Shown here: positions 20,787 to 34,850 of the stretch, in pieces
Layout of the letters: each line of letters starts with the position of its first letter
How positions within the stretch are numbered: position 1 is the first letter of the stretch
Origin: Lytechinus pictus
Lineage: Eukaryota
Reading direction: 5' to 3'
Assembly: GCF_037042905.1 (NCBI RefSeq)
Contig: NC_087249.1
Span: 8,620,001 to 8,684,000 of the forward strand
DNA length: 64,000 nt
The notes under the pieces: generated by a model
Told to the model about the DNA's origin: nothing
The model's database searches: none
What the model saw: only the letters and a program-made list of their open reading frames with translations
Program-made: the position numbers and the translations under genes

Positions 20787-23700
20787 GTAAGTGATCATGA
20801 TTTCACAGATGTTTCGAATGTATTTATTAATGTTGAACCTCATGAGATTCCTTTTATCGTTGCAAATTTGATGAAATATTTGTTGTAAAATTTGTAAATG
20901 AGAATGTACAGTCCCACATGTTGAAATTTTTGTTGTAATGTCATTGTGAAATGAATCATCGCATTTTAGATCTATTATTGGGTGATTTGGGTCATATCAT
21001 GGTCGTATTGTGTTGTTCATTTTGATCTTTTAATGTTATGATCGTGTTAATAATTTTACAAGTTAAGACTTCTATGGAGTCTATAGCTATTAAACGTTAC
21101 AAATACAATTACAAAAAGGCAAATGACTGTCATGTCAGCTGAGGCTGAGCTCGAGTCATGTCGAGTGACTCATTCACAGTCTCAGTCAGCTGCGCGGCGC
21201 TGCTCAGTCTCAGATTTACAACATGGGTATGGTTGGAACTACCCCTTATCGACCAACTAATTTTCTTAGCATCGTATCTGTGAAAATATTCATCAGTTTT
21301 ACCTGGTTTTCGTCTCATCTCATTTGTGCAGAAAATTGAGCAGATCATATTCCCATGTTTACAACTCCGATTTCTATATGCGCGTATATATCGACGAACA
21401 ACGAATGCGACGATTTCACATTTGCTCATGTGCACCCTTCTTTTGAAACTGACCACCTGCCAAGCTACAAGACACATACGGAGGATTAGCGTCTTGTAGC
21501 TTGGCCTTGGCGAAGAACAAATACAAGATGGCGTTTCATAATATTTTTCTTGTTTTTTTAATGAATTCTTGTTTATGGCAAGTTCCCCCAAGTCTGCGCA
21601 GTCCCCCTTGTCTGCGCATACGCGTATCTGCGTGATTCTAGTAAAATGAGATACGCGACGACCACAGACTTTACACAAGCAATACATAAAAAGATATTCA
21701 TTAAAAAATCTGACTCAAAATGGTGGGGAAAAAATGAATTTAGGGCATATAACGTGAAGGCCTCAAAATGCAGCTTTTCTCAGCAAAATCCCTGAATCGT
21801 GGGCAAAGTGAATGGGTGTGCAGACATGGGGTAGGCCTATTTTTTTGTTCAATCTGAAAATGACCGCCTGAGGTTTTTTCCAAGAAAATTATATATTTCT
21901 TTCAAATTTTATGAGATATTTAGTACACTTACTCATAATAATATAAGGAACATTACCAACTGAAAGATTTTGTGAAATAAAAAGAAATTTGTGTTATATT
22001 GTAACAGTAAATTTTGCTGGGTTCATTTATTTAATCTGTACTCTTACATTTGGCTTTCCATACTTTATTGTTTACATTCAACGTGTTTATTTCCATTCCA
22101 ACTCATCTCATCCTTCTTTCCATCCTTACAATTCACATACATTGTCATGATCTCATCTTTCATTCCATCTCCACAATACATCTCACATAGCAACACAGGT
22201 TCATTGCATTTCATTCTTTCATTCAGTTTCCCCTCAGTCACGCTTCCTGGTTTTCCATTAGCTTTCCACTCCACATGGTCTTATTGTTTAATTCTCATTA
22301 GGATTCAGTTTAACTCATGATCACCCTTCTCTATTCTCTGATTGGTTCTTATTTTTAAATAGGGTTATAGTTCATACCATTTTCCTTGTATTTGATTAGT
22401 TGATTTCTATGATTATCCTATCCAATGTGGGTACATTGGCAGAACTTCCCAGAAGATTAGATTGGAAAGTAAAGTCAGTGCTGATCTGGACTTCATCGTG
22501 TTAAGTTCTAATTTATTCTGCGTTCACCCTATCTTCAGTTTAATAATTTTAGTTTAATCAAAGTAAGGAGAGCTTTGAAGATTGAATTTACAGGAGAGCA
22601 TACATGTAGGAGACTGAAGTGCAAGAGTTTATGATTTTGGAGTGTACAAACGGTCATGTTACAATATCTTAACTCAAATCTTTAGGTGCGCAGACTTGGG
22701 GACCACCATCATATAAATTATATCAATGTCGTATAAATGTCGGAAATGAAGTTGTATCCCATTTACATGATTTAGGGCTAGATCTTTTAGAAGGAAAGGA
22801 GAAATCTCGGGGTGAAAATTTCAGTTTTTTTAGTGTTACACGCACATGAATGGGACGCAATCCCTGGCTCCGTGGAGAGTAAGCATACGTTAATAAATGA
22901 TTTTTACTCTCTAGGAGCCTCCTGGCTACTCTCCCACGTGTATTTATAATATGCAATAATCTTAATGCGTGCAAGGTGGTGGTCTCTTTTTATGCGTTTA
23001 GACCAATTTGCCATTCGCAATTTTTTACTAACACTCATCACCTGTCACTGCCTGACAAAAATGGTTCTAGAAATCATTTACTACGTTGAAGGGTGTCTCT
23101 AGTCTTAGGCTTGGGCATCAAATCAAAGCTGAGTAGATCTAATCAAGTACCTGATTCTTGTCTCCAGTCCAGAGTCGAGGAGTCGACCCCGTTCTCCACC
23201 ATACAAGAGTTGCAATTCTGTTTTATAATAACACATGAAAGCCCTGTTGAAATAAATTTCAGACTTAGTTTATGATTTGCAGGTTCAAACTATATGGAAA
23301 TCTAATAGAAAAGTTACCGGTAGTTTAATGTGCAGTTGTGCCAGACCTATTCTCTAGCCCACTCAAGGGGACATTGGGATCTACATAAGGTTAAAAAAGC
23401 TGCCAGAGTTGCGCAGACTTTCAAGCACCATTGTACAAAATCCATGGATGGTTATTCAAAATATTCATCTTTATTCTTAGATATAAATTTGTTTAAAATC
23501 CAGGGGCACGTTTCTCAACACCGTCATAAGTCTAACTTCTTGACTAAATCGGAGATAGTGAGCTACTTGTCCGCTAACCATTTCACGAAGCCCTCTTTGC
23601 TAAGATCGGTATAACAACCTCACTAAATATGTATGACACCTCCGAACCTGTCATAACTTCTTTCTTAGTGACGTAGTTGCACCACGTGGGTAGACTATGA

Positions 23701-26700
23701 CATGCAAAAGTGCCTAGAAATTTGAAAATTATAATCTTACGTAATCAATCATAGTTTGAAATTACATCACAAAATAAGTGGGATGATGCATTCAATGATA
23801 ATTGTAATACAAAGAAACTATGAAGTCTGTTGGTAAAACGCCAGAAAACCATTCATTTTGAAATAGCAAAATAATTTAATCGATAAAGATTTTACCACGT
23901 CAGGCCATCCATAACTGGACTCATATTTGTCGTTTTCAGACCCCTATTAACATTTGGTAAAATTCTAGCTCTAATTTATGCATAGAATTTATAAAAACGT
24001 ATGTTTCGGTATCAAAGATTTAAAAAAGTTTATGCTAAACTATATTTTGATGATGTTTGGAATCATAAAAGACCATATTATAATAATCATCATTTTACAA
24101 AGAAAACCGTTCTGGTTTACTTTCGTAAACAATTAAAATTGGATATCCCGGGGGTACCCATCTCAACATCCACATGTGATTTTTAGTAATGAAACAAATT
24201 ATTCATAATTTAATTTTCTTAGCAATTGAATGTTCCCGTCTTCATGATCTTAGTATGTATGATGTATAATTTACCTGTGATATTATTTTGAAAAGATGTA
24301 TTTCCCAATTCATCACAATATTTGCAATTTTGTCATAATTTTTCTTTTTGAAAATTATGCTATTTTGTGACTAAGGCTACGTCTCATCTGCTCTTTTACC
24401 GATAGTATCGATATCAAGGTATTCTAGTTAGGAAGCCTTTCATGAAACAGGTTTAGTAAGATTGGAACTAACTCCGTGGTTGGTGGATAAAGATATGACT
24501 AACTTGTCCAGGTGTTGAGAAACGGGTCCCTAAAGAAAAAAAAAGGACTCAGAGTTTTACTTTAGCGGAGTCAAAATTTGACTTGCACACTCATTCTGTA
24601 CGATCCAAATTTTAGCCGGCATTTCTTGGACGATGGTTTGAAATGCTCCCAGGGCCCCACTAATCAATGTTTCCCAAGCTGCCTGCGCAATTATCAAGTA
24701 ACCAATATTTGGTATCAAAATGACATTTTATATCATTCCTTTTTTAAAGTGGGGCTATAATTGTTATCAAAATTACAGGGTTGGTGACTTGGTGCCTTAA
24801 CACAGATCTCAATGCACCGGGAGGCTGTGAGAACGCAGTTGATGAGGCAATGCACTTTTCTTGTATGATTGATGCGTGTGTGTGTGTGTGTGTGCATGCA
24901 CAATATGGATGTGATGTGAATGTGTGTGTTATACATTGGGGGTCTTCTCCACACCGGAATGATCTCATGTATTTTCTCAGTTGGTCCATCATTATTTATC
25001 CCAAGATGTATGCAGAAGTTAAATTTTTAATCATGATTGTGGTATCACAAATTCCTTTTATAGAAAATGATTTCCCAATCATCACATAGTACGTGTATTA
25101 GAACTTAGATTAAGAAAATAGAAAGACATTTAAGATACAACCCTTTATTCTTAACATGCCACAAATTCGTTTTGAAAAATAGTGGATTTTATTTTTTATC
25201 TTTAGGAAATACGAAAAAGACTTGCTTGATATAAATTACTGGAAATTAATCCACATAAACAATACAAAAAGCATTGTTTTGCAAAGCCTGTTCCACCAGC
25301 ATTAGAGAGAAAAGGAATTATTACAATTGCATAGATGATATGCACAATTATTCGAAAATGTGTCTATGACAAGGTTAAAGACTAAAACAGAGGTAATGTA
25401 CACATGCAAAGAAGTGGTCTGTCAGATTTGTATAAAATTATCTTACAGGCATTAGTTCAGTTGATTCATTGACATGGACATCCATCCGCTTCTCTTCCAG
25501 TGCGTACAGGTGAAGCTAGAGTTGGGCCATCGGGCCACAATCAGGCCCAAACCAACGGCAGATGGATTCACCCACGACTGGACAATGTTTGTCCGAGGTC
25601 CAGAAGGAAGCTGCATAGAGCACTTCGTTGACAGAGTCGTGTTCCAACTCCATGAGAGCTTTCCAAAGCCTAAGAGAGGTAAGTACATACCGGTAGTGGA
25701 GGCAGGACTCAAATTAATCCAAATGGCCTTGATGCCCTTCCAAATATTTGTAGACTTAGGCCAAAATCCAAAATAAGTGTCCTTTTTGCCTGAGGCCTTG
25801 GTGCCCTGCGATAATCCAGTGAATGTGTCCCATTGAAAAGTAAATTGTACTAGTGATACCCTTTTTAATTGCCCTGGATGCTCCCTAAAGGGAATACTGC
25901 CTTCCCATTCCTTCAAAAGCCCTTTTTAAAGGTCAAGTCCACCCCAGAAAAATGTTGATTTGAATCAATAGAAAAAGATCCAACAAGCATAGTGTTGAAA
26001 ATTTCATCAAATTCGAATGTAAAATAAGAAAGTTATGACATAGTTACATGCAGAACTCCATCACATGCAAATGAGAGTTAATGATGTCCCTTACTATTTC
26101 TTTTTGTTTTTTATTATTTGAATTTTCCTCTTTCTTTTCGAATTTGACAATAAAGATCAACTGGACTGAACCATACAATGTAAAAAAAATGGTAATTCCA
26201 CATTTTTCACATATTCAGGGAAAACTTCTTTCACATTACCATGAGGAGGAAATTAGATGTAATGTGTTATTGTTAGAAATTGCTGTACTGTACATTTGAG
26301 TTTTTTTTTATATTAAATTTCTGTTAATTTTATTGCTACTGTATTTCAAACATTTCACATCTTTCTTTTTCCCAACTCCTAGTTGTGAAAGACCCGCCTT
26401 TTGAAGTTTCTCAGTCAGGCTACGCAGGATTTGAAATGGCCATCGATGTTTACTTCAGGAACAAGGAGGAACCTAAGAAAGTTCGCTTTCTCTATGATCT
26501 CTTCCTTCACGTTGGTGGTCAGCCGCCGGTCAATCATATCCGATGTGAAAAACTGACCTTCAGGAATCCCACAGAAGACTTCAGACGCAAGCTGCTCAAA
26601 GCAGGAGGGGTAAGGGAAAACACGGCCTTTTTCCCTCTAAAAATTGATATCAATGATAAAGTTCCAAGTTCGTCTTTGTTCATCTAAATTGGAGATTTGT

Positions 26701-29700
26701 TTCATTCGCAACTTCGAGTAAAAAACATCTAAATACCATATTAAATATATAAAAACGTATATAAAATGATATACTGTGAATGTGAACACACGCTTATACA
26801 ATGTTTACAAACAAATAATATACATAAAGCCACCATTTGATTAGGTTATAGTTAAATAAATAATCAATATAGACAAATTGGTATAAATCAAATGAAGAAA
26901 ATTTGGGTAAAGTAAAACAATGACATATTATCAAATATCAATATCAAATCGCTGTAGAATTTCAATTGCATGCATGTTAAAATATAACTTTAATGACTAG
27001 GATTCTATGACAATTTTGTTGTAAACTAATTGGTTGTACCATTTCATTAGCTTAATAGAGCACCCTGTAATCTGTCATTCGTAACAAAAGTTTTATTAAT
27101 CTGGACACCGATATTTAAGATCAATAGATGTAAATGCAGATGTGTGTTATAATTCAGAAATTCTCAAGAATCTACCAGTAATCATCAGTTGTGCCCAGTA
27201 GTTCTTAGCTGCCAAGGATCTGTGATTGTTCTGGAGATGTCCTGAAAATGTTGTGATTCTACCTAGAATATATTCCTTTTTTCAGTATTTGCCAGATTCC
27301 TATATTAAATTTTGGTGCTACTTTAATGTGTCCAATGTTGTGTTTCACAAAGATTTAATAACTACATGTAAGAGTCGCACTTTAATGCTCACGCGTACAT
27401 GATATGCATGATCAATATTCAGTAGTGCGCGTCCTCTTTCCATGATCTGACCAATGCAGAAAGATCATACCGCATGCAACTAGGCATTTAAGTGCGACAC
27501 TAAGTCATAGGCCTACTTAAATCTTTTTGAAACACCCCCAGATAGCTAAGATGGAACATGTATGGCACTGGTCTTATTTCATCAAGGTGATGTACATGTA
27601 CAAGCTCTCAAACAACTGGAATATGAAACAACCACCTGGTTCCCGTCTTACAAAGAGTTACGATTGATCCGATCAATCTCAAATATATGGAAATCCATCA
27701 ATGTCATAATTTTTGCTTCAGGAAATTTGCTCAATGTCCTTTGAAAACAAAGAGAAGCATACTGAGTTTTTCAAGAAAACAGAATGTATGAATATACGTC
27801 ATTTCTTAAACATATTTTGAATAAACATGTATTTTAGATGTTGATGCTGCTGGCCTTCCATAGTTGCAATTGATCGGATTAATTCTCCTTGTAAGACGGG
27901 CCTCTGGTCTGACTTTGAAATGAGTTTTATCCTTTCAAAAGGTGACCAGCCATTGCCCTTTATTTAATTGCTCCTGTATAAAAAGTGGGTCTATGGTTCA
28001 GGTTTTGATATGGTTTGGAGCTTTCAGTTCAAAATAAGGTGAGATTTTTTTATGAAGATCAATACATTGGTAGAGAGTTGGTTTTTATTTATGTCAGATT
28101 TCTTTTGAAGCAGTCGTTGCCACAGCAGTCATCATGGAAGCTTTTTTATCAGTTTCGATAACAATGAATAGAAGAAAAAAATCAGTTGATCCCTCAACAT
28201 GCAATGGCGAAAAAGGTTGAATGGTAATCATTTGTGTATTTATTTAAAAAAATCTGTGGATTAAATAAGGTCTCTTTACTTAATATTGTTATACATGTTT
28301 TGAATCCCAGGTTGGAGTTATGCCAGTGGACCTCGATATTCCGACCATCTCCACGAAGCTGAATGCTACAGGGGGTAAGCCGAGCGCCCCTGCAGCCACA
28401 CCCGCTACCGACCCTTCAGCTTTCACAAAAGGGAAACCCCAGTCGGCTGCTGCTGCTGCATCTGCGACTCACCAGGGCTCTAAGAAACCTAAGAGCATGT
28501 CATCGTCCACCTCCTCATCCACCCCTTCGTCAGGGTCAACGATACCGAGCAAGGTTTGTCGAGCCAAATTGATTCCAGAAATCTGAAAGTCTTTACACAG
28601 GGTTCCCAGCCCATCAGGGAAATCAGGGAAAATTATTTTAATTTCTTATAGTCAGGGAAAAAATTAGGGAATTTGATTTAAAAAAACCTCAGATCAGGGG
28701 AAAATGCCTCAAATGAGTGAAAAATCAGGGAATTTTGATTGGCTCAAAAGTCGAAAACATGGTAGTCAGTCAGACTCTGTAATATTTTGTTGCATAGCCT
28801 ATAAAAAAAACATCAATTGAATGACTGGTTATGGTGGTTTTTTTAGTGTTTTTTTTTTTACATGTAATTCACTGCAACAACTTAGAAAAAATGCGAAACT
28901 GGGAATGGGTTTGAATAATTACCAGGGAATTTTTAAACTTCATCGAGGAAAAATCACAAATATATCCGGGAATTTTGTTTTCTTGAAAAGCTGGGAACCC
29001 TGTTACACAATTTTCATGTAAATCTTAATTTAATCAACAGTTTGGTTACCTACATGTACATAGTGTATATTTATGTGGGGTTTTTTTTATTGATAATCCA
29101 TATTCAGATGAAGAATAAATTCTTTGACATACAGGCTGATTTCTGGCTGGTTGGTTCATTAAGACAGGGTACATAACAATGGCACAAATTCACAAAGGTG
29201 GTTTTGAAAACCCACGGTTGAGTCCATGGTTTATGCAGATTTCCTGTATAAATTACGCTTAATTTACCGCATGTATTTAAAATTCCAATGCTGATGCAAG
29301 CTTTTTTTACAGTGCGCCAAATTGACGCCTGTTGCCATGGTTATCCACGCTATTTTATTCATGAGTCCATTGTTTTGAATTAATGAGTCCACTCTTCAAA
29401 CGGTGGACTCATTAATGAAATAGCGTATCTAACTATGGTAACAGGCGTCAATTTGGCGCACTGTAAAAAAAAGCGCGCATCAGCATTGGACATTTTAAAT
29501 ACATGCGCCCGATACGCGCTAAATTAAGCGTAATTTATACAGGAAATCTGCATAAATCATGGATTCAACCGTGGGTTTTCAAAACCACCTTTGTGAATTC
29601 AGGCCAATGTGTTTATAGACTAGAGACAAATTACATGGAAATTATATTACAGCATTTACACAATAGAAAATAAATGCATCTTCAAATTGGCAATGCATAC

Positions 29701-31295
29701 AAGGTGGGTATTTTATAAAGTATATTTGCTTTATATTTCTATGAAAAAAAAAATTAAGACACTGAACAAAATTTTTGTAAATGATATGGATATAGAGCTG
29801 GCATGGATAAAATCCAAATTTTGGGGACTGTGAAGAAATATTAAGCAACTGGAAATAAGCAGCCATTTTCTTTGTGCTTTGATAGAGGAATTTACCATGT
29901 ATTTTATTTTGTTAACCTACATCTATCATAAATATTGTTATTTTTTACTTTTTAAAGGAGAGTGGGAAAGCAAGTACACCAAAGACCAAGGAGCTCAAGG
30001 AACCTAGTAAGCCCAAAAGTAGTACAAAAGAGAGCAAAACCACCACAAAGGAGACCAAGACCTCAACAAAAGAACCGAAATCTTCAACTAAAGACCCCAA
30101 GTCTTCAACAAAAGAGCCCAAGTCGGTCCCAAAGGAGCACAAAGCAAGTCCTCGAGAGCCAAAGCCAAGTCCGAAGGAGCCCAAACCCAGTACCAAGGAA
30201 TCTAAACCCAGTCAGAAAGTGAGTTCGAAAGATATTAAGTCCACTAGCGAGAGCAAGCCACCTGCCAAGGAGAGCAAAGACTCTAAACCAAGCGGAAAGG
30301 CTAAAGAAAGCAGCAAGCAAACTGCCAAAAGGTCTGTCACGGAGTCCTCCCCTATGGCCTCCACTCCTGCCAAGAAAAGGAAACAGAGTACTTCAACTAA
30401 GGAGGACAAGGGCAAAGACGAAACATCTCGTGATGCAAAGACTGCAAAGATAAAATCGGAAAAGACTCCATCAAGTGAAAAAGAGAAATCAACTATATCA
30501 GAAAAAGGAAGTAAAAGTAAGGAAAAGACTAGCAAAGTGAAAAAGAGTACCAACAGCTCCAGCAGTAGTAAGACGACACCTGCTCCAGATCAGGGGCTGT
30601 TTACACCAGAGATCACTAAATCAAAGACAAAGTCCAAAGCAAAGCAGACAAAGGAACCGAAGAAAGAACCAAAAGAACTGCCTCCTTTTGATGCTGAGCT
30701 AAGTACGGAGGAGGTGGAGAATGATGCTCCCAGTCCAAGTTCCAGTATCAGTTTCTCATCGCTGCCGGGGCGGGGTGGTGGTACAGGCACCCTCGGGATG
30801 CTCATGCAGGACTTGGAATACGAAGATAATGACGATGATGATGATCATGATATGGAGAGACCATTCCAGAACAGCGCTCCACCCCCTGGCAGGCATCGCT
30901 CCATGTCTAGAGACAGCAACCTGAGTAGTAACAGTCGACACAGCTCACCCTCACCTGAAATCGAAAAGCCAAAGCCTGTTACAAAGTCAAGTTACGGCTC
31001 GAACAAAAAATCTGGCGCAACGGGCAAGAAAGGCTCCAAAGTTGAAAAGAAACCTAAGAATGTTGAAAGTAAACAGAAATCATCCCAAAACAGCAACATC
31101 GACTATTTGTATGAGCTCGTTGACCTGCACAAAAGACTCATGAAACTCACGGACAGAGACAAATTGCAACAGGTCGTTGACCTCATTGGAGAGACTGGGT
31201 CATTCAAGGTCACAGACACGACCTTTGACTTTGACCTTTGTTCCCTGGACAAAAGTACAGTGAGAAGGCTGCAGGAGTATGTTCCGACATTGTAA
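20775..31295 (+). CDS. MLLT3: AF9/ENL (MLLT3/MLLT1) family YEATS-domain protein, ~665 aa; join(20775-20786,25501-25678,26383-26609,28311-28553,29958-31295)
   Basis: Spliced product [68 protein letters not shown] (YEATS), a K/S-rich linker, and a C-terminal AHD ([32 protein letters not shown]). All introns are GT-AG with consistent phases. The MLLT3 symbol is used for the family; probably a single pro-orthologue of MLLT1/MLLT3. Confidence 0.93.
23503..24530. mobile_element. Harbinger-type non-autonomous element in AF9 intron 1
   Basis: TIRs ggggcacgtttctcaacacc / ggtgttgagaaacgggtccc. Confidence 0.7.
25501..25678 (+). CDS. MLLT3: AF9/ENL exon 2 (YEATS N-half)
   Basis: tctcttccag| ... AGAG|gtaagt. 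Confidence 0.95.
26383..26609 (+). CDS. MLLT3: AF9/ENL exon 3 (YEATS C-half)
   Basis: ctcctag| ... GGAGGG|gtaagg. Confidence 0.95.
27639..27903. mobile_element. Harbinger-type MITE family copy (others at ~37304-37570, ~41417-41691, partial ~46710-46760)
   Basis: TIR cccgtcttacaaagagtt / cttgtaagacggg, CTG on both flanks, and a shared interior across copies. Confidence 0.8.
28311..28553 (+). CDS. MLLT3: AF9/ENL exon 4 (A/S/P/T-rich linker)
   Basis: tcccag| 243 nt in frame |gtttgt. Confidence 0.85.
28598..29002. mobile_element. MITE with CAGGGTTCCCAGC TIRs and internal TCAGGGAA repeats
   Basis: cagggttcccagc / gctgggaaccctg, with direct repeat ttaca at 28593-28597 and 29003-29007. Confidence 0.8.
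29181..29605. mobile_element. Almost fully palindromic (foldback) MITE, Harbinger-like
   Basis: ~200-bp arms that are reverse-complementary nearly to the centre; 3-bp TSD aat. Confidence 0.85.
29958..31295 (+). CDS. MLLT3: AF9/ENL exon 5 (Lys/Ser-rich repeats + AHD, stop codon)
   Basis: ttttaaag|GAG; same frame as track ORF 30219-31295. Confidence 0.92.
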   Translation, partial: ESGKASTPKTKELKEPSKPKSSTKESKTTTKETKTSTKEPKSSTKDPKSSTKEPKSVPKEHKASPREPKPSPKEPKPSTKESKPSQKVSSKDIKSTSESKPPAKESKDSKPSGKAKESSKQTAKRSVTESSPMASTPAKKRKQSTSTKEDKGKDETSRDAKTAKIKSEKTPSSEKEKSTISEKGSKSKEKTSKVKKSTNSSSSSKTTPAPDQGLFTPEITKSKTKSKAKQTKEPKKEPKELPPFDAELSTEEVENDAPSPSSSISFSSLPGRGGGTGTLGMLMQDLEYEDNDDDDDHDMERPFQNSAPPPGRHRSMSRDSNLSSNSRHSSPSPEIEKPKPVTKSSYGSNKKSGATGKKGSKVEKKPKNVESKQKSSQNSNIDYLYELVDLHKRLMKLTDRDKLQQVVDLIGETGSFKVTDTTFDFDLCSLDKSTVRRLQEYVPTL

Positions 31296-32469
31296 CCATC
31301 ATGTAATCGGTTTTTGACCAAGAGGGCATAACCACCTCAACCTCTGTTTGTCCGTAAAGAGTCGGATCATTGTCTCATAATGTATCCTCTCATTTTGTAA
31401 AGTTGTTGAAGTTCTTTCGATTCTTCACAGACGATATGTTATTTCTTGCTCGGAAACAGAAGCTGCAGAATTGTAAGTCTTTGTCTTGTCTGGATTTTTT
31501 TTGCTGTATAACATAGCTACGTTTGTCCGCAATTTTTATAACGTGAAATTCTAAGGTGTATTTTGTAAATATTTGTACATGAATTGGAACCGTTTTGAAT
31601 TTACTTGTAAATATGAAGCGGCCAGAAGCTGACACATATTATTTGCGTGCTACTGCCAAGTACGGCTCGTGTTGCTAGAGAGTGCTGAGAGACAGTTCAA
31701 CTGTTGCTGTATTTAGTCTTGTTAATGCGCTTATTTAACTCTGAAGAAAGGATATTTATTTTTGTAATGTTTTGTTTGTGTTATTTCTGCTTGATGCACA
31801 TATGCTCCAAACATGAAATAAACTACTCAGCCTGGTGAAAATGTTTAAAAATTATGGTACTACTGTGAAAAACAAGTTGATTACAATTACATCAGTTCCA
31901 CGTATATGTACATGTAAGTTACTACGGCACTGGCCACGGAAACGGGATGGGGGGGGGGGCTGCTTTTTTTCCGAATTTGTGTACAAAAATGTAAAAATGA
32001 CCATCTGATTATGATTTTTTGCATGGTCAGCCCCCCCCCCCTTTCCAAAACTGTTCCACGGCCCCTGTACAGGAACTATGTTGCAGCTTTAACCGCGTGT
32101 AAGATTGCTCAATAGCTGGTTGAAATTCGATTGTTTATTTATAGATAAAATTGCATTGACTTGCAAAGTAATTGTGATTTCTGTCCTTCAGTTTAACAAA
32201 GAAATTTTGAAATTTCAAGAAACCGAATTGAACCTCCCACAAAAAACTAGCATATTTGGAACAACTAATTATCTTAGTGGCTTTCATTTTTGATGAGGTA
32301 TACTCAACCTTTGATACACATATGCAAACTAAAATCAGATTGAATATTGGAGTGTATTTACTTCAAGTCGTGTGGAAATGTGAATGATTTATATTTTCGC
32401 ACTGATTTTATAGTTACAAATTACCAAAGCCAAATTTTTTTTTTTTTGACAAAGAAGTAGAATTTTTAA

Positions 32470-33054
32470 AGGAGAATGAAACCCTTGAAACTAGCTGAAT
32501 CCATATCAAAGAGAAAAATCAAAGAAACATATTGTTGAAAATTTGAGGAAGATTGAATGAATAATAAGAAAGTTATGAGCATTTGAATATTGAGATCACT
32601 AATGCCATGTAGATCCTCCTATTGGCAATGCGACCAAGATCTGTGATGTCACACACGTACAACTCCCTCATTACTTTAGTACTTATTTCACTTATATTCT
32701 CACTTTTATAGAGTCTATCACAAGGTGAGGTGTTCTCTTTATGAGAGGACAAGTATAGAGGTTTCACAACATTATATCATTGATGAATCATTTTGTCATA
32801 TGATTAGAATGAGCAAAAAGAGATGTTTTGGGGTATATTTTCAGTGTCCAAAAGGGGAGAGTTGTTCATCTGTGACATCATAGATCTTGGTCGCATTGCC
32901 AATGGGAGGATCTCCATAGCATTAGTGATCTCGACATTCAAATGCTCATAACTCTTCTATTGCTAGTCCTATTTTACTCAAACTTTTGTTGATCTTATCC
33001 TTTGATCTTTCTGCTTTCACAAAAGCTAACTTGCTCCAAGAGTTTCATTCTCCT
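32470..33054. mobile_element. TTAA-flanked MITE, complete
   Basis: ttaa|aggagaatgaaac ... gtttcattctcct|ttaa. A partial relative lies at ~46443-46700. Confidence 0.85.
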
Positions 33055-33825
33055 TTAAGATCTAAATTTGAAGTACTTTTTAAAGGTTCTTAAGATGTAC
33101 ATTGCAAGACCGTGGATGCAAAAAAGGGTTGTGGGAGACTATTAATATTCCCATTATTTCTTTCGGGCATAAATACTTCCAGTCTTCCTGATTTTTCTAA
33201 AATGGTTTCCCTTGTTTGTTTTGTTCCATTTTATTTTCGATCTTTAAATGATAAAGTATAGTTTAAATTACCTTACAAAGGACTGCAATTGGCTAACTTA
33301 TCACTATTAAAGCCAACTTTGTATACACTAAAAATTTGACTTACATGTAATATTGACACAGATTTTATGATACCATTCTGAATAGCTTTTGATTTTAGTG
33401 CTATGCAGCAGCCTGCCGCTTTAATACCTTGAGCTCTTGAGTTCGCGATATCCGTGAATCAATAAGCTCATTTATTTGTCATAACTTCAAATTTTACAGT
33501 CTGAAATGTTGTCTTTGTATTTTTTGGCACATTTCTTACAGCTGACTGCAAGTACATGTTAGCTGCAATGGGCATAACACAATTGCGATAATTAAAATGG
33601 TATTGCCCTAGTCTCGCAAGGAAAGCTATTGTATGCTTGAGTAAGCATGGCAAACCGTGAGATGTGACGGAAGAGTTGCCCAGAGTATCACATCGAGCTG
33701 GGTGCTGTTATAAAGGAACAGCACTTGTTCTTCATGTACACAAGCGCATGCATCTAAAAAGAGCATGCATCTAAAGAGAGCAGCTAGCTGTCACTCCTTT
33801 TATATTCACAGTCCCTGTATGTTAT

Positions 33826-34140
33826 GGCCCGTATTCTGAAGTCAGGTTTTTTAACTTAGACCATGGTCTAAGTCTGTGCTAAAATTTTTGGGAGCCAAAA
33901 GTTCAAAAATTCTGTTTATATTGTATATTTCTTATGTTTACTATTTTATTTCCTTTTGCTTTCATAATGAAGAAAAATACTTCAGTTATAATTCCCAGAA
34001 AATTATGAACAATTTGGGTGTCATATGAGTTAATAAATTGGATGTGTACTGTTAAGGATTTGTGCTCCAATTGGCTCTCCATAGTTAAACCACAACATTA
34101 AACCAGGGTTTAATCTAAACCCGAGTTCAGAATACGGGCC
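33826..34140. mobile_element. Harbinger-type MITE (relative at ~44035-44320)
   Basis: TIRs ggcccgtattctgaa / ttcagaatacgggcc. Confidence 0.8.
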
Positions 34141-34481
34141 ATCGAGTATAAGTTTTGAAGGAAAAAAATCTATGCATTTAATGCCACTTTTTGCCGGTTT
34201 GTTAGTAGTTAGCTATTTGGTCAGGCACCATCATCAAGACAAAAGGTTTAGTTTTCTATCCAGGCAGTATATTAGTACATTTTGTCAGAATAGTCAATTT
34301 GTTGACCCATGGTGAAATGGAAAAGGTTTCGGATAAATGCTTCAGATAAAAATCTCTTTAAATTGTACCTTTCAACGTCCTTTCTGATTGCTTACAAATT
34401 AATGAAAAAGGTCAAACTTCATTAATCCTTGCTACTTATTCTCTTGTGGAAGTTACCATTTGATTCAGGGTAGTACATAAC

Positions 34482-34850
34482 CGGGGGGGGTAATCATGAT
34501 GTAAGGCATACGTGAATGTGCCGCTGGAATGGGTCGCTTTTTTGGAAGAAATCCCTAAACATGGGGTATGGTTTTAAGCTGGAAAATCCCTAAACATGGC
34601 CCCAATTTTTAGATACTGGCCTTAAACATGGGTCCATGGCCCCAATTTTTAGATACTGGCCTTAATCATGGGTACATATTCCAATTTTGGGTGATAACCT
34701 TTTTTTTTTCCTTTTTTTTTGCTTGTCAAATTTTGATAAATCCCTAATAATGGGTACCTTTTCAGCCAAAATGACCCAGAAATATGGGTATGGGTTTTGA
34801 ACCTTTAGCCGCACACCCAGGTCAAAACCAAATCTAAGTAGCCACCCCCG
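34482..34850. mobile_element. MULE-like MITE
   Basis: cggggg...cccccg termini with a 9-bp direct repeat gtacataac at 34473-34481 and 34851-34859. Confidence 0.75.

Noticed and set aside
21130..21687. 185-aa minus-strand ORF in AF9 intron 1
   Set aside because: No recognisable motif. It probably lies in a decayed repeat (~21243-23092) whose ends I could not define convincingly.
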